NCBI GenBank assembly: GCA_036351155.1
Contig: JAZBOO010000323.1
Span: 1-36,040 of the forward strand
Length of the DNA stretch: 36,040 bases
DNA from: Candidatus Krumholzibacteriia bacterium
GTDB taxonomy: Bacteria; Krumholzibacteriota; Krumholzibacteriia; LZORAL124-64-63
Reading direction: 5' to 3'
Numbering within the stretch: the stretch's first letter is position 1; every line of letters starts with the position of its first letter. Below are positions 16,239-26,108 of the stretch, in pieces. The notes under the pieces are model-generated. The model was given only the letters and a program-made list of their open reading frames with translations, made no database searches and was not told the origin of the DNA. The position numbers and the translations under genes are program-made.

Positions 16239-19200
16239 ATGTCCAGGATCTCAAGTTTGGAAAACTGCCGGTGCGGCCTGTTTTTTCGGAACCTCTTGCT
16301 GTGCCTTCTGGCGGGTATGCTCGGTAGTCTGCCGGCGGTCTTGGCCGCCCCCCTGGCCAGCTCCCCGCAGCTGCCCACCCTCGATGCCGATGGAAACGGG
16401 CGCGAGGATATTCTCGATCGCTGGCTGGCCGGTGAAGCAACCTGGGCCGATCTTCGTCTGGGGTCTCGGCATTCACGTCAGGAATTGTTCACTCCCACGG
16501 CCGATGGAGCGCACGCCAACCTGGAGTTCCTTTCAACGCCCGAGGGAACATGGTCCACCGGCCTGGTCCGGGTGATCGCCCTGGGGGCCAGTCCGGGAAT
16601 GGTGGCGAGCGCAGCGCAGGAGGCCGCCCAGGCAGGGCAAGCAAAGGTCCTTCATGATCTGGATCATTTCGGAGGCGTGCAGGTGGTGGCCTGTGACGAG
16701 AACGCTCTCGGGGTCTTTCTGGCTCGAGAGTACCGTGGCCAGTTGCTTCTGGACCGTGATGGCCTGCCCTCCCTGACCCAGAGCTGCCCCCAGATTGGCG
16801 CCACCCAGCTGGGGACGGGGCACTGGCAACTGGGGAACGACTGGTCGGCCACCGTGGCCATTCTGGACTCGGGCTGCGATACCGCCCACGGGGATCTGGG
16901 AGATTTTGCCCAGGATAATCAGGATGGACCAGCTCCCGCCGTGGGTGACGCGGCCGACTGGTATTCCGCCACCAGCGGCTGGCCTTTGTTCGAGGGTTTC
17001 AAGGTGGTGGGCTGGCACGATGTGAGCGATGACTTCCCCCTGGCCCAGGGACCCTGGGATTATCACTACCACGGCACGGCCCTGGCCTCGGTGGTGGCCG
17101 GTTCGGGAAGCGTGGACCCATCCTATGCGGGCGTGAATCCCGGGGGCCGGCTGACCGTGGTGAAGTACTACGACTTCGACGGAGTGTGGCACGCCTGGGC
17201 AGGGGACTTCCTGGCCGCCTGCGCCTGGACCCTGGAGAACAGGGAAATCTACCGGATTCGCACCGCTCTGATGGCCGTCAACTGGGAGGTTGACCTGGGC
17301 ATCAGCCAGGCCATGGCGGCCTTCGTGGACGCAGGTATTCTGCCGGTCGCGGCCATGGGTAATTTCGGCGACGATCCTGCCGGACCGGGCTATCCCGCCC
17401 AGCTTTCCGATGTTTTGACCGCCGGGAGTGTGGATCCCGACGGAGCCGTTTCCGTGTTCAGTGGACGAGGGCTGGCCGGGCAATCCAAGCCCGACCTGCT
17501 GGCCCCTGGCGGCCACGTGGTGACGGCGGACAACGAGCCTGACGACACCTACAGCATGCGACAGGGGACCAGTCTGAGTGCGGCGCATCTGGCCGGGGCG
17601 GCCTATATGCTGGAGGAGGCTCTGGCGGACAACGGTCTGGCCGTGCCGCGGGACCGCTCCGGCGTCCAGACCCGCATGGCCTTGCTGCGCGGGGCCACGG
17701 CCCGGGTCACCGAGGAAGCTCAGCCCGGGGGTGTGCGCACCCAGCTTTCCGCCCACGACGCTCCGGACCAGGTACGCGGGTGGGGTCTTTTGCGTGTGGA
17801 CGCGGCGGTGGGCGCCCTCTTCCGTGTTTTGCAGCCGGGCAAGGATCAGCTGGACACTCTCAGCCTGGCCGATGTCCGCCCCACCGTGACGCGGCGGCTG
17901 CTGACCAATCCGGGGATCAGATACCTGGTCGAGGTGGTGCCGCAGCCGGGACTGGATGTGGCACTGGACGTGATCGATCCCCGCCTCATGGACGAAGACC
18001 CCTTCGGCTCCCTGATCAGCCGGGAAAACAGCAATGGTCCCGGTGTCTCGGAATTCCTGTATCACCACGCCACGGAGGATGCTTGGGCGTTCCTGGTGGT
18101 GAGGCAGGTGAGCGGTTCAGGGCAGGTCACCCTCCGGTTGCGCGAGGCGGACAGCTTCCTGGAATCCTCGGTGTCCGTGCAGCTGCCCGGCAATCTGACG
18201 GGCGCTCCCAATTCGGGACGTCTGGGCGGTTCCGCCGGTCCCAACATCGTGGTGGCTTCGCGGGTGGAAGTCGACAACGTGGCCCGCTCGGTCAACGTCC
18301 TGGACCAGACCGGGGTGGCCTTGCCCGGCTGGCCCGTTTATGTCTTTCCCAACCCCTCGGCTCAGGGGGGATTGACCCAGCCGGTGGTCTGGGATCTCGA
18401 TGGTTCTCCCGGGGACGAAATCGTTCTCGGTTCCCGGTTCGGCTCGGTGTATTTCTTCAATCGCCTGGGGGCCTGGTTCCGCGAAGAGCTGGGATTCAAC
18501 ATGCCCCTGACCACGGCCATCGGGGTGGAGGAAGTTTCCGGGCAGCGACGGGTGCTGGTGATCGACGAGGCCGGCACTTTGCATGGGTGGTCCTGGGGAC
18601 CCGTGAAGCAGCTGGAGGTCTCCCTGGGGTACTCCTTGCCGCTGGACCCGGCTGTGGGGCAGCTCCTGCCTGGTTCTGCCGAGGAGCTGGTGATCGCCTT
18701 CGAGGGTGGAATTCTTCTGGCGACCGATTCTCAGGGCAACACTCTGCCCGGCTGGCCGGTGGATCTGGGCGGCCAACTGACCACGCCGCCTGTTCTCTGT
18801 GACCTGGATAGAGATGGTCTGCACGAGGTCATCGTGTCTTCGCTGGACCCCGCCACCGGAAGAGTCCTGTTCCATGTCCGCCGGGGGAGCGGTGAACCTG
18901 GGCCCGGTGACCAGATGTCCATCGAATCGCCCATCGGGGGTCCCTGGGTGCAGACTTCCGCACCCATGGTGGCAGGTTTTTACGGTGGGGGTGATCTCCG
19001 AGTCAGTGTCATGGGCCTGGGCAGCAACGGGGTCAGCGGTGTGGGTGCAGGCTGGACCCTGGGACGGGCTAGCCTGTTGACCGAGGGGCAGGTTCAGGTG
19101 GTGGATGTGCCCGGGTTCGAGGTCCGGTCCACGACCAGCCAGGGGGTATTGACCCTCCAGCAGGCCATCTTTCCCACGCCTCTGGCCTTCGATTTCCTGG

Positions 19201-19841
19201 GCGGGAGTGGGGCCGAAGAAAGCATGGTGTTCAGCATCGAGTGGTCCGAGTTGCTCTACGGTTTGACAGCCATTGACGGGGCGGCCAGCGGCCGTTTCCA
19301 GCCATCTCGCTCTGGCCGTCCGCTCGAAAGCAGGGTGTCCCTGCGCCCGGGGGGAGCGTCAGGGGTCAGTCTGGCCTCGGCGGGCCAGGTGCTGGTTCCG
19401 CTGAATACCGGAATCAACCTTCAGGTCCTGGGCACCAACAGTCAGCTGTGGATCAATCCTGTTCTGGCCGGCTATCAGGCCAGCCCGGGGTGGCAGTCTG
19501 CGCGGTCCGATCAGCGCAACTCCGGGGCCTATCCTCTGGCTCAGGAATTGACCGCGGTGCCTTCACTTTCCCCGCAGGGTTCGCGACTCACGGCTTATCC
19601 CAATCCGGGAGCGGGACATTTCCATTTCCGGTTGAAGGGAGGGGACCCCCAGGGCGCCGAGGTGCGCATTTACGACCTGCGGGGCCGCCAGGTCCAGGTG
19701 CTGCGGCAAGGAGCTGCCAAGGCCCTCCCCGGCTGGGACGGGACCGATTCCCGGGGCCGCCAGGTGGCTGCCGGCACCTATCTGGCCGTCATGAAGCAGG
19801 GACCCCAGCGCCTGACCACCCGGCTGGTAGTGACGCGTTGA
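16239..19841 (+). CDS. Secreted subtilisin-like S8 serine peptidase with FG-GAP/VCBS-like repeats and C-terminal FlgD-Ig/T9SS-type sorting domain
   Basis: Signal peptide; ILDSG (Asp), HGT (His), AMGN (oxyanion Asn), KPDLLAPG, GTSLS (Ser); LPGWPV, WDLDGSPGDEIV and CDLDRDGLHEVIV repeats; C-terminal AYPNP...IYDLRGRQV...WDGTDSRGRQVAAGTYL. Confidence 0.88.
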   Translation: MSRISSLENCRCGLFFRNLLLCLLAGMLGSLPAVLAAPLASSPQLPTLDADGNGREDILDRWLAGEATWADLRLGSRHSRQELFTPTADGAHANLEFLSTPEGTWSTGLVRVIALGASPGMVASAAQEAAQAGQAKVLHDLDHFGGVQVVACDENALGVFLAREYRGQLLLDRDGLPSLTQSCPQIGATQLGTGHWQLGNDWSATVAILDSGCDTAHGDLGDFAQDNQDGPAPAVGDAADWYSATSGWPLFEGFKVVGWHDVSDDFPLAQGPWDYHYHGTALASVVAGSGSVDPSYAGVNPGGRLTVVKYYDFDGVWHAWAGDFLAACAWTLENREIYRIRTALMAVNWEVDLGISQAMAAFVDAGILPVAAMGNFGDDPAGPGYPAQLSDVLTAGSVDPDGAVSVFSGRGLAGQSKPDLLAPGGHVVTADNEPDDTYSMRQGTSLSAAHLAGAAYMLEEALADNGLAVPRDRSGVQTRMALLRGATARVTEEAQPGGVRTQLSAHDAPDQVRGWGLLRVDAAVGALFRVLQPGKDQLDTLSLADVRPTVTRRLLTNPGIRYLVEVVPQPGLDVALDVIDPRLMDEDPFGSLISRENSNGPGVSEFLYHHATEDAWAFLVVRQVSGSGQVTLRLREADSFLESSVSVQLPGNLTGAPNSGRLGGSAGPNIVVASRVEVDNVARSVNVLDQTGVALPGWPVYVFPNPSAQGGLTQPVVWDLDGSPGDEIVLGSRFGSVYFFNRLGAWFREELGFNMPLTTAIGVEEVSGQRRVLVIDEAGTLHGWSWGPVKQLEVSLGYSLPLDPAVGQLLPGSAEELVIAFEGGILLATDSQGNTLPGWPVDLGGQLTTPPVLCDLDRDGLHEVIVSSLDPATGRVLFHVRRGSGEPGPGDQMSIESPIGGPWVQTSAPMVAGFYGGGDLRVSVMGLGSNGVSGVGAGWTLGRASLLTEGQVQVVDVPGFEVRSTTSQGVLTLQQAIFPTPLAFDFLGGSGAEESMVFSIEWSELLYGLTAIDGAASGRFQPSRSGRPLESRVSLRPGGASGVSLASAGQVLVPLNTGINLQVLGTNSQLWINPVLAGYQASPGWQSARSDQRNSGAYPLAQELTAVPSLSPQGSRLTAYPNPGAGHFHFRLKGGDPQGAEVRIYDLRGRQVQVLRQGAAKALPGWDGTDSRGRQVAAGTYLAVMKQGPQRLTTRLVVTR

Positions 19842-19866
19842 GTTTTGGTTTTTTCCATGGTAGATT
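19838..19866 (+). promoter_or_regulatory. Putative sigma70 promoter placed to give a leaderless mRNA for the 2059-aa gene
   Basis: TTGAGT-17 nt-TAGATT with TG upstream of the -10; only 6 nt between the -10 and ATG 19873; no SD sequence. Confidence 0.6.
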
Positions 19867-19872
19867 GCGGGC

Positions 19873-22800
19873 ATGGAAAGAAATAACCCATCAGGACGGA
19901 GCTACTGGGATCACCTCGGCGCAGCCACACGCGCCCTCGAGGAGGGTGATCTGCCTCGGGCCGAGCGTGAGTTCGACCTGGGTCTGTCCGCGCGGGAGCA
20001 ATCTCCGGGCCGGGTTTTTCTGACCGAGAAGATCACCGATGGTTTGGCCCGTCTGTTCCGTGGCAGCGGTGCCGGAACAGATGGAGGCCGCTGGTCGCGC
20101 CGATCGGAGCAATTCCGGCAGGCCTTCCTGACCCAGGCTGAGTCCACGGTGAGGAATGCAGTCCGGCTGGCCGAATTGCGCCCCGAGGACGACGCAGCCG
20201 CCAATCAACCCGTCCTGGCTCAGGCCCTGTTCCTGGTCGGACGCAGCCGGTTGTTCAGCGAAGAGCCGGCTTCGGCCGTGCCCCTGCTCAAGGGATTGTT
20301 CCGCACCGCCGGCAAGACCGGGCAACTGTTCGATGTCCAGCTCATCCGTCACGATATTCCCCTGACCGAAGAGGACCGTCTCTGGCTGGCGCGCAAGGGG
20401 CCTGGTCTGCTGGAAGAGTTTGTGGCCCAGGGCAGCCTGGAGCCCGGAAGCCCTGCCTCGGAGAACTGGGTCCAGATCATTCTTCAGCTGCTGGACGCCC
20501 GCTATTTCGGGTCCACCAGCCGCCTCGAAGAAGAGCGGGCCTGGCTCCAGGCCATCACCACCGATCGTTTGCTGAGGAAACCCGCCGAGGCGGTGGAACG
20601 TTATCGCCAGTACCTGCAGGTCAACCCCGAACCGGGTCCTCGCCCCGATGAAGCCCGGGTACGTCTGCTGGAACTCCTCGCCAACGCCAAGGACCTGTCC
20701 TTCCCAGTTCCACGGTACACCGAAGCCCTGCAGGCCATGCAATCGGCCGGATTGGCCCTGGGGAGTCAGGCCAGCGTGCGCTATGCCTTCACCCTGTCGC
20801 AGCTCGATTTTCGGCGTCCGGATCCCGAACCGGGCGGGCCTTCCTTGGCCTGGGCCTCCGTGGGCCTGGAACTGGATGGCCGGGTGGCCGTTGTTTTCTG
20901 GTGGAAGGACCAGCCGCGCGATGTGGCCTTCTGGCAGGTGGGGGAAGCCCCCGCCGATCTCGAGGCTTTCCTGGAGCCTTGTGATGACCGCATCCTGGCC
21001 AGGGATCAAGGTGTGCGCGAGGTGATACAGGACGCCTGGCCCGAAGGTCCGGCCCCGTGGAGCATCAAGGATTTTGCCCAGGCTTTTCTGGAGCCCTCGG
21101 TACCTGCCGGAGGGCTGACCGATGACACGATGGTGCGGCTGGGCCTCGGCGAATCGGGACCCTGGCGGGATGGCTGGAAACCGGATCTGGGTCATCCCCT
21201 GCTGGAACCGCCTCGGCGCTCCGCCTTGATGGAATCCTGGCAGGGTGGACCGGCTTCCGGCGCCCTTCAGAGCGGGCTGGTCTGGCTGGCTGTCCTGGCC
21301 CGGATTCACCGGGCCGACCCTTCCTTGCGGGCGGGAATCGGGGCTCTGGCGCGGCGCGGCGATCCCGCAGCGGGCTGCCTCTATCCCTACCTCAACCTGG
21401 ACACCGGCCTGGGGCAGACGCTGGACGCCTCCTTTGAACCCTGGACCCTGCCCTTGCTCTGGACCCGGCACGATCCTCTGGGTGGGGGCACCGATTCACG
21501 GGGCCTGGATCCACAGCACCCGGGCGAGGCGGAGGGCGGAGGCCGCCCGGATCTGGGGCACAACGACCTGGCCATCGTGACCACCGGAGAACCGGGCGCG
21601 GTGCTGGAAGGCTGGGGGGGGACCGGGCAGAAATGGCGGGTGGTTCTGGACCGGCTGGATCGGGTGAGCCAGCTGACCCGTATTGCCGCCCAGGCCGTGG
21701 GACCGGTGACCCTGATTCCTCCCTCGGGCGAGGTTCACTCACTGGGGGCCAGCCTGGAATTCCTGGAATCGATGCTGCGCCCGGCCCATCGTCCGACCGG
21801 CGATGTGGCGGGCCTGTTGCCTCTCTTTCACTGGCAACGATGCGTCGAGACCCACAACGGTGATCTGCTGGATTTTCTCCAGGTCCGGCAGCGGCGCCTG
21901 AAGGATTTTCCGCTGTATCGGGAGTATCAGGATCTGGTGAGTGATATTGCCCGTGTGGCTCCGGTTCTGGAGGATGATCAGCAGGTGCAGGATCCCTGGG
22001 CCTACCAGTTCTCCCAGCGGGTTCGCAAGGGGGGGGTGGTGGCCGGGCTTTCTTCCTCCCTGGTGGCTGACCCAGGCTTGCTCGACGCCCTCTGGGGGGT
22101 GTTCGAGGGCAGTGAAGTGTCCTGGGTTTTCCTGGATTCCGCCGCCATCCACTGGCAACTGCTGGGACGTCCCGGCAGTGCCATCCAGGATCTTCATACC
22201 CTGCTTCACGCCCGAGGACATCGTCACCTGAGCCTGCTGACCGGTGCGGTGTGGATGAGGTCCGAGCTGGAGGAATTGCTGGGAACCTGGCTGGGGGTCT
22301 ACGGCCGGCCATTCTGCCTGGCCATGACCAACTTGCGTCCGCCGCATTTGAGGCTGGCCGATCAGGGGGTGGCTCCCCACGCGACCTACCTGCGGGCCGA
22401 AGCCCTGGCCTCCCAGGTGGCCCACGTCCGTGACGGTGTGCAGCTGGCCGGTTCGGGAACCGTGCTGTTGCCCTCCCAGGGTGTTCTGGCCGAGTTCTGG
22501 CGGCGTATTGCCAGCCGGGAAATCCCCCTCGGGGTGCCCGGGACTCACTACCTGGCGCTTGATCGTGCCGCCCTGGGCGAGGGAAGCCCTGAATTTGCAA
22601 TAGAGTCCAAAGCCCCCGGTTCTTCCGGGCTGTTGATGGTGCCTGTCCTGGAAAGTCTTTCCTCCACGGATTGGCCGCTGGCTCAGGAGGACACGCGAGA
22701 GGCCTGGGCTCTGGCCGACCAGGACCGGCAAGCCTATCTGCGCTGGCGCCGGCGTCTTTGCGGACTGGAATTTGCCAGCCTTCTGGCCGGCCCCTGGGAA

Positions 22801-25800
22801 ACGGTGGAAATCCTGGACTGTCGCTGGTGGCGCATTCTGGAACCGAGCGCGGAACCGGGGGTGTCTTCCATCGCCTCCTGGAATGGAGAGAAGGCCCTGG
22901 CCCTGGCGGAAGCGGAGTCCTGTCGGGTCTTTTCTTTGCCGGGGTCCTCAACCAAGTCCGGAAATCGTCCCGACCGGGCTATTCCCACCCAGACCCTTGA
23001 TGCCGTCCGGCACTGGCTGGCCACGCAGGGCCTGGATCCGGGTCCGGAAACCCGTCGGCCCGCCACCGAATCGGCGGCAGGCCAGGCCATGATCACCGAC
23101 CTTCCCCTGTCCGAACTGGGAGACCTGCTGCTGCCGGACCTGGCCCGGGCCTGGGAGCGCGGCCGGTTCGACCACTGGTTGCTGGTGGTGGGCGACCATG
23201 TCCCGGAACAGGCGGCTGCCGTGGTGGCGGCGGGATACCATCCCGGGCTGGCCATCTGGGATCCGGCGGCGCCGCCCGGGCCCATCATGCGTCCTGGCCC
23301 CTTGCTCTGGTGCCGAGCTTCCGATCTGGCGGACCCGCGATTGAATCAGATGCTGGCCACCTATCCCTGCCGGACGGCCCTGGCCCTCGAGGTGGATGAC
23401 TGGTTGCCCACCGGAAACCATGCCAACCAGGAAGGGGCTCTGGCCTTGCGTACCCTCGCTGAAGGCGTCAAGGGGCGGCTGATCCTCCAGGTGGGGCAAG
23501 CGCCCGCCGCCTGGACGCAGTTTCTGGCCGATCGCCTGGATGCACAGTGGCACGGTGCTCCATCACCCGCGGGCCCTGAAAAGACCCCCAGCCCTGGCCT
23601 TGAAACCGAAGACCAGGTAACCCCGCCGGAGGGCCCTTCATTTCCTGATGCGGGGTACGCGGCTTCACCCGAACATCAGGTCCTCCGCCTGCGCACCCTC
23701 CTGGATCGGGTCCGTCCGGTCCTGGCGTCCGCGCCGGGCACCGACGGTGCTCTTCATGATGACGCCGGTCGGGTTTTGATTCCCGGTGGACAGCTGGCCT
23801 GGCTGGCGGGATTGCTTCCGGAGCAGATTGCCGGCGGAGTACGTCTCATGCGCTGGATTGCCCGTCTGGCCGGCGATGTGCTCTCGGATGCGGAATCGGC
23901 AGGGAACAGTCGACGCTCCGATTCTCCCTGGCACACCTTGCTCATTCCGCGCCGGTTTGCCGAGCTGGAACATCAACTGCGGAATCTGGAAGATCAGGTT
24001 TGCCTCCTGCTTCCCCTGGTCCTGGGGCGGGCCGAACCCGGACCGCCCATCTGGTTCGATCTCGATGATCCTCCCCTGGAAATGGACGAGGCACTGAAGG
24101 AGCAGCTCGACATCATCCTGGCCTTCAGCACCTTGTCCCGTACCCAGGATTGCGGGCTTGCCTACCTCTGTCCTCGAGGGGCCCTGAACTCCCGGCGGCG
24201 CCTGGTCCAGGCCACCTTGCCCACGGCCGAGGTCCTGGATCGGATGCGATCGTTCCTGGCCCTGTTCCGGAAGCGTCTGGCAGATGTTCTGGGCTCGGCC
24301 ACCGAAACCGGGGCGGGTTTCCTGGTCGAAACCGGGCTGGACAGCTTGCGCCCGGAAGAGGAGGAATTCCTTGCCCTGGGCTCGGCGCTGCGGATGTGGT
24401 CCTGGTCCGGGCCGCCCACCGGTCATTCGCTACATCTGGTCGATCTCCTGTCGGTGGCGGAAAGCCAGACGGTCAAGAGCAACGAATCGGCCTGGAAACT
24501 CCTGGCCTCCACCCTGCGGGAAGGGGAGTCGACCGGGTATCAGGAAAAGGACCCTGACGGTCAGGTCGGTTCAGGGACCAGGCCCCGGGGCAAGGTGACC
24601 GGCCTGAAATCACTCCTGCAGCGAGGGCCCAAGGCCGATGTCCTGGACACGGTGCGGAACCGTGTGGCCAGCCTGGCCGCTCCGGAAGCCCGGTCTGGCC
24701 TGCTGGTGATATCGGGCGCCACGGGAACCGGAAGGCACGAGGTCCTGGCCCAGGGGTTGGGACAGGTCTGGGCAGATCATGGCCAGCTGGGTGAAGTGAC
24801 GGTGTACGGACCGGATGCCGGGGCGGTGAATCATTTTCTGACGCACTGGGCTCGGGCCGGATGTCCCGGGCCGGCCCCTGATGTCCAGGTCATCGAACCC
24901 GGCACCACGGTTCCCCGGCCGTCCCGGGAAGGGGCCGATCCCCGGGTGGGAGCGGGAAACATCCTGATCATGCTGGAGATCCAGCGGTTTGAACCCGAGA
25001 CCAGGTATCAGATCGCCCAGCTGGGTCGTGGCCGGCGCCTCTTCATGACCATTGACCCGGTGGCCGCCACGGAACCCTGGGAACATCTTTTTCTGACCGT
25101 GCCCCGGCAGGAAAATGTGATCCACCTGGAGGTGCAGAGGGAGGTCGGTCGGCGACTCTGGACCGAGATCACCAAGCTCCTGGGATCCGATCATGCGGGC
25201 AAGGGGCAGTCCACGGCGACGGAACGGGGTCAGGTGACCAGTATCTATGCCGTGAACCTGGACCAGTGCCTGGCGCGGATCGTCCAGGATCTGGAAGAGG
25301 GAAAGCTGGAACCTCGCTTGCGCCTGGCGGGTCCGCTGGCGACCGATCTGGATTTCCTGGGGTCCTGCCTCCGCGAGAAAGGCTGGCTGGCCGTGGCCGA
25401 GGAAGATCTGGATTCCTGGTTGCTGCCCGGGGCGCGAGAACTGCTGGCCTCCCTGCTGGAAACCCTGGCCGACCTGGGGCTTCTGAAAATTTTTCTCCAG
25501 GCGCCGGAGGAGATGGCGGGTACCGTGGAGTCGCTCTCGGCCTCGCGTGGGGAACCTGAATCCCATCCACTGATCAGGGGCATTTTACCTCGCTACCTCG
25601 GGAACGAGGGGAGGGGCATGCTGGATTCCTGGCGATTGCATCGCGACGGGTTGTCCTCGCACACCACGGTGGGAGAATTCTTTGACCGCTGGGTGAAGGA
25701 GCCCTGGGTCGGGTCGGTTCTGGCCGAGCCAGGATCGGCCGCACGGGCCAGGCAACTGGGCAAGGATCTGTCCAGGATCACCCTGGGAGAATTGCCCGGG

Positions 25801-26052
25801 ATCGGTCTTTGGGAGGCCTGGTGGCAATCGGCCGCCCGTCAGCTCGAACTGCCCGATGATCTGCCGCGGCGTCCTCTGGTCCTGTTGAATCCCGCCGACC
25901 GGCCGGCCGGGCAACCTGAATCGACGGGCGTCTATCTCTGTCTGGGAACAGAGCGGCCACGACAGCACTACCTTGTTCTTTCCCGGTTGACCAGCAATGT
26001 CCTCATTCTCTACAAGGAGAAATCTCCGCTGGCCCTCGAGGAATCTGGGTAA
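19873..26052 (+). CDS. 2059-aa multidomain protein: TPR-like N-terminus, then degenerate DnaQ-exonuclease-, DinG-, RecQ- and UvrD-like modules
   Basis: Uninterrupted 6.2-kb ORF filling the space between co-oriented genes. Domain calls come from motif order and spacing, e.g. LLVISGATGTGRH, ILIMLEIQRF, LFMTIDP and HYLVLSRLTSNVLILY for UvrD. The ORF is secure; the domain calls are inference. Confidence 0.6.
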   Translation: MERNNPSGRSYWDHLGAATRALEEGDLPRAEREFDLGLSAREQSPGRVFLTEKITDGLARLFRGSGAGTDGGRWSRRSEQFRQAFLTQAESTVRNAVRLAELRPEDDAAANQPVLAQALFLVGRSRLFSEEPASAVPLLKGLFRTAGKTGQLFDVQLIRHDIPLTEEDRLWLARKGPGLLEEFVAQGSLEPGSPASENWVQIILQLLDARYFGSTSRLEEERAWLQAITTDRLLRKPAEAVERYRQYLQVNPEPGPRPDEARVRLLELLANAKDLSFPVPRYTEALQAMQSAGLALGSQASVRYAFTLSQLDFRRPDPEPGGPSLAWASVGLELDGRVAVVFWWKDQPRDVAFWQVGEAPADLEAFLEPCDDRILARDQGVREVIQDAWPEGPAPWSIKDFAQAFLEPSVPAGGLTDDTMVRLGLGESGPWRDGWKPDLGHPLLEPPRRSALMESWQGGPASGALQSGLVWLAVLARIHRADPSLRAGIGALARRGDPAAGCLYPYLNLDTGLGQTLDASFEPWTLPLLWTRHDPLGGGTDSRGLDPQHPGEAEGGGRPDLGHNDLAIVTTGEPGAVLEGWGGTGQKWRVVLDRLDRVSQLTRIAAQAVGPVTLIPPSGEVHSLGASLEFLESMLRPAHRPTGDVAGLLPLFHWQRCVETHNGDLLDFLQVRQRRLKDFPLYREYQDLVSDIARVAPVLEDDQQVQDPWAYQFSQRVRKGGVVAGLSSSLVADPGLLDALWGVFEGSEVSWVFLDSAAIHWQLLGRPGSAIQDLHTLLHARGHRHLSLLTGAVWMRSELEELLGTWLGVYGRPFCLAMTNLRPPHLRLADQGVAPHATYLRAEALASQVAHVRDGVQLAGSGTVLLPSQGVLAEFWRRIASREIPLGVPGTHYLALDRAALGEGSPEFAIESKAPGSSGLLMVPVLESLSSTDWPLAQEDTREAWALADQDRQAYLRWRRRLCGLEFASLLAGPWETVEILDCRWWRILEPSAEPGVSSIASWNGEKALALAEAESCRVFSLPGSSTKSGNRPDRAIPTQTLDAVRHWLATQGLDPGPETRRPATESAAGQAMITDLPLSELGDLLLPDLARAWERGRFDHWLLVVGDHVPEQAAAVVAAGYHPGLAIWDPAAPPGPIMRPGPLLWCRASDLADPRLNQMLATYPCRTALALEVDDWLPTGNHANQEGALALRTLAEGVKGRLILQVGQAPAAWTQFLADRLDAQWHGAPSPAGPEKTPSPGLETEDQVTPPEGPSFPDAGYAASPEHQVLRLRTLLDRVRPVLASAPGTDGALHDDAGRVLIPGGQLAWLAGLLPEQIAGGVRLMRWIARLAGDVLSDAESAGNSRRSDSPWHTLLIPRRFAELEHQLRNLEDQVCLLLPLVLGRAEPGPPIWFDLDDPPLEMDEALKEQLDIILAFSTLSRTQDCGLAYLCPRGALNSRRRLVQATLPTAEVLDRMRSFLALFRKRLADVLGSATETGAGFLVETGLDSLRPEEEEFLALGSALRMWSWSGPPTGHSLHLVDLLSVAESQTVKSNESAWKLLASTLREGESTGYQEKDPDGQVGSGTRPRGKVTGLKSLLQRGPKADVLDTVRNRVASLAAPEARSGLLVISGATGTGRHEVLAQGLGQVWADHGQLGEVTVYGPDAGAVNHFLTHWARAGCPGPAPDVQVIEPGTTVPRPSREGADPRVGAGNILIMLEIQRFEPETRYQIAQLGRGRRLFMTIDPVAATEPWEHLFLTVPRQENVIHLEVQREVGRRLWTEITKLLGSDHAGKGQSTATERGQVTSIYAVNLDQCLARIVQDLEEGKLEPRLRLAGPLATDLDFLGSCLREKGWLAVAEEDLDSWLLPGARELLASLLETLADLGLLKIFLQAPEEMAGTVESLSASRGEPESHPLIRGILPRYLGNEGRGMLDSWRLHRDGLSSHTTVGEFFDRWVKEPWVGSVLAEPGSAARARQLGKDLSRITLGELPGIGLWEAWWQSAARQLELPDDLPRRPLVLLNPADRPAGQPESTGVYLCLGTERPRQHYLVLSRLTSNVLILYKEKSPLALEESG

Positions 26053-26079
26053 ATTCCACGAATATCCCTCACCCCTGGC

Positions 26080-26108
26080 TTGTCCGGCGTGAACCCGTGG
26101 GCTACCTT
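26080..26108 (+). promoter_or_regulatory. Putative sigma70 promoter for tryptophanase
   Basis: TTGTCC-17 nt-TACCTT upstream of an AAGGAG RBS. Confidence 0.5.
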
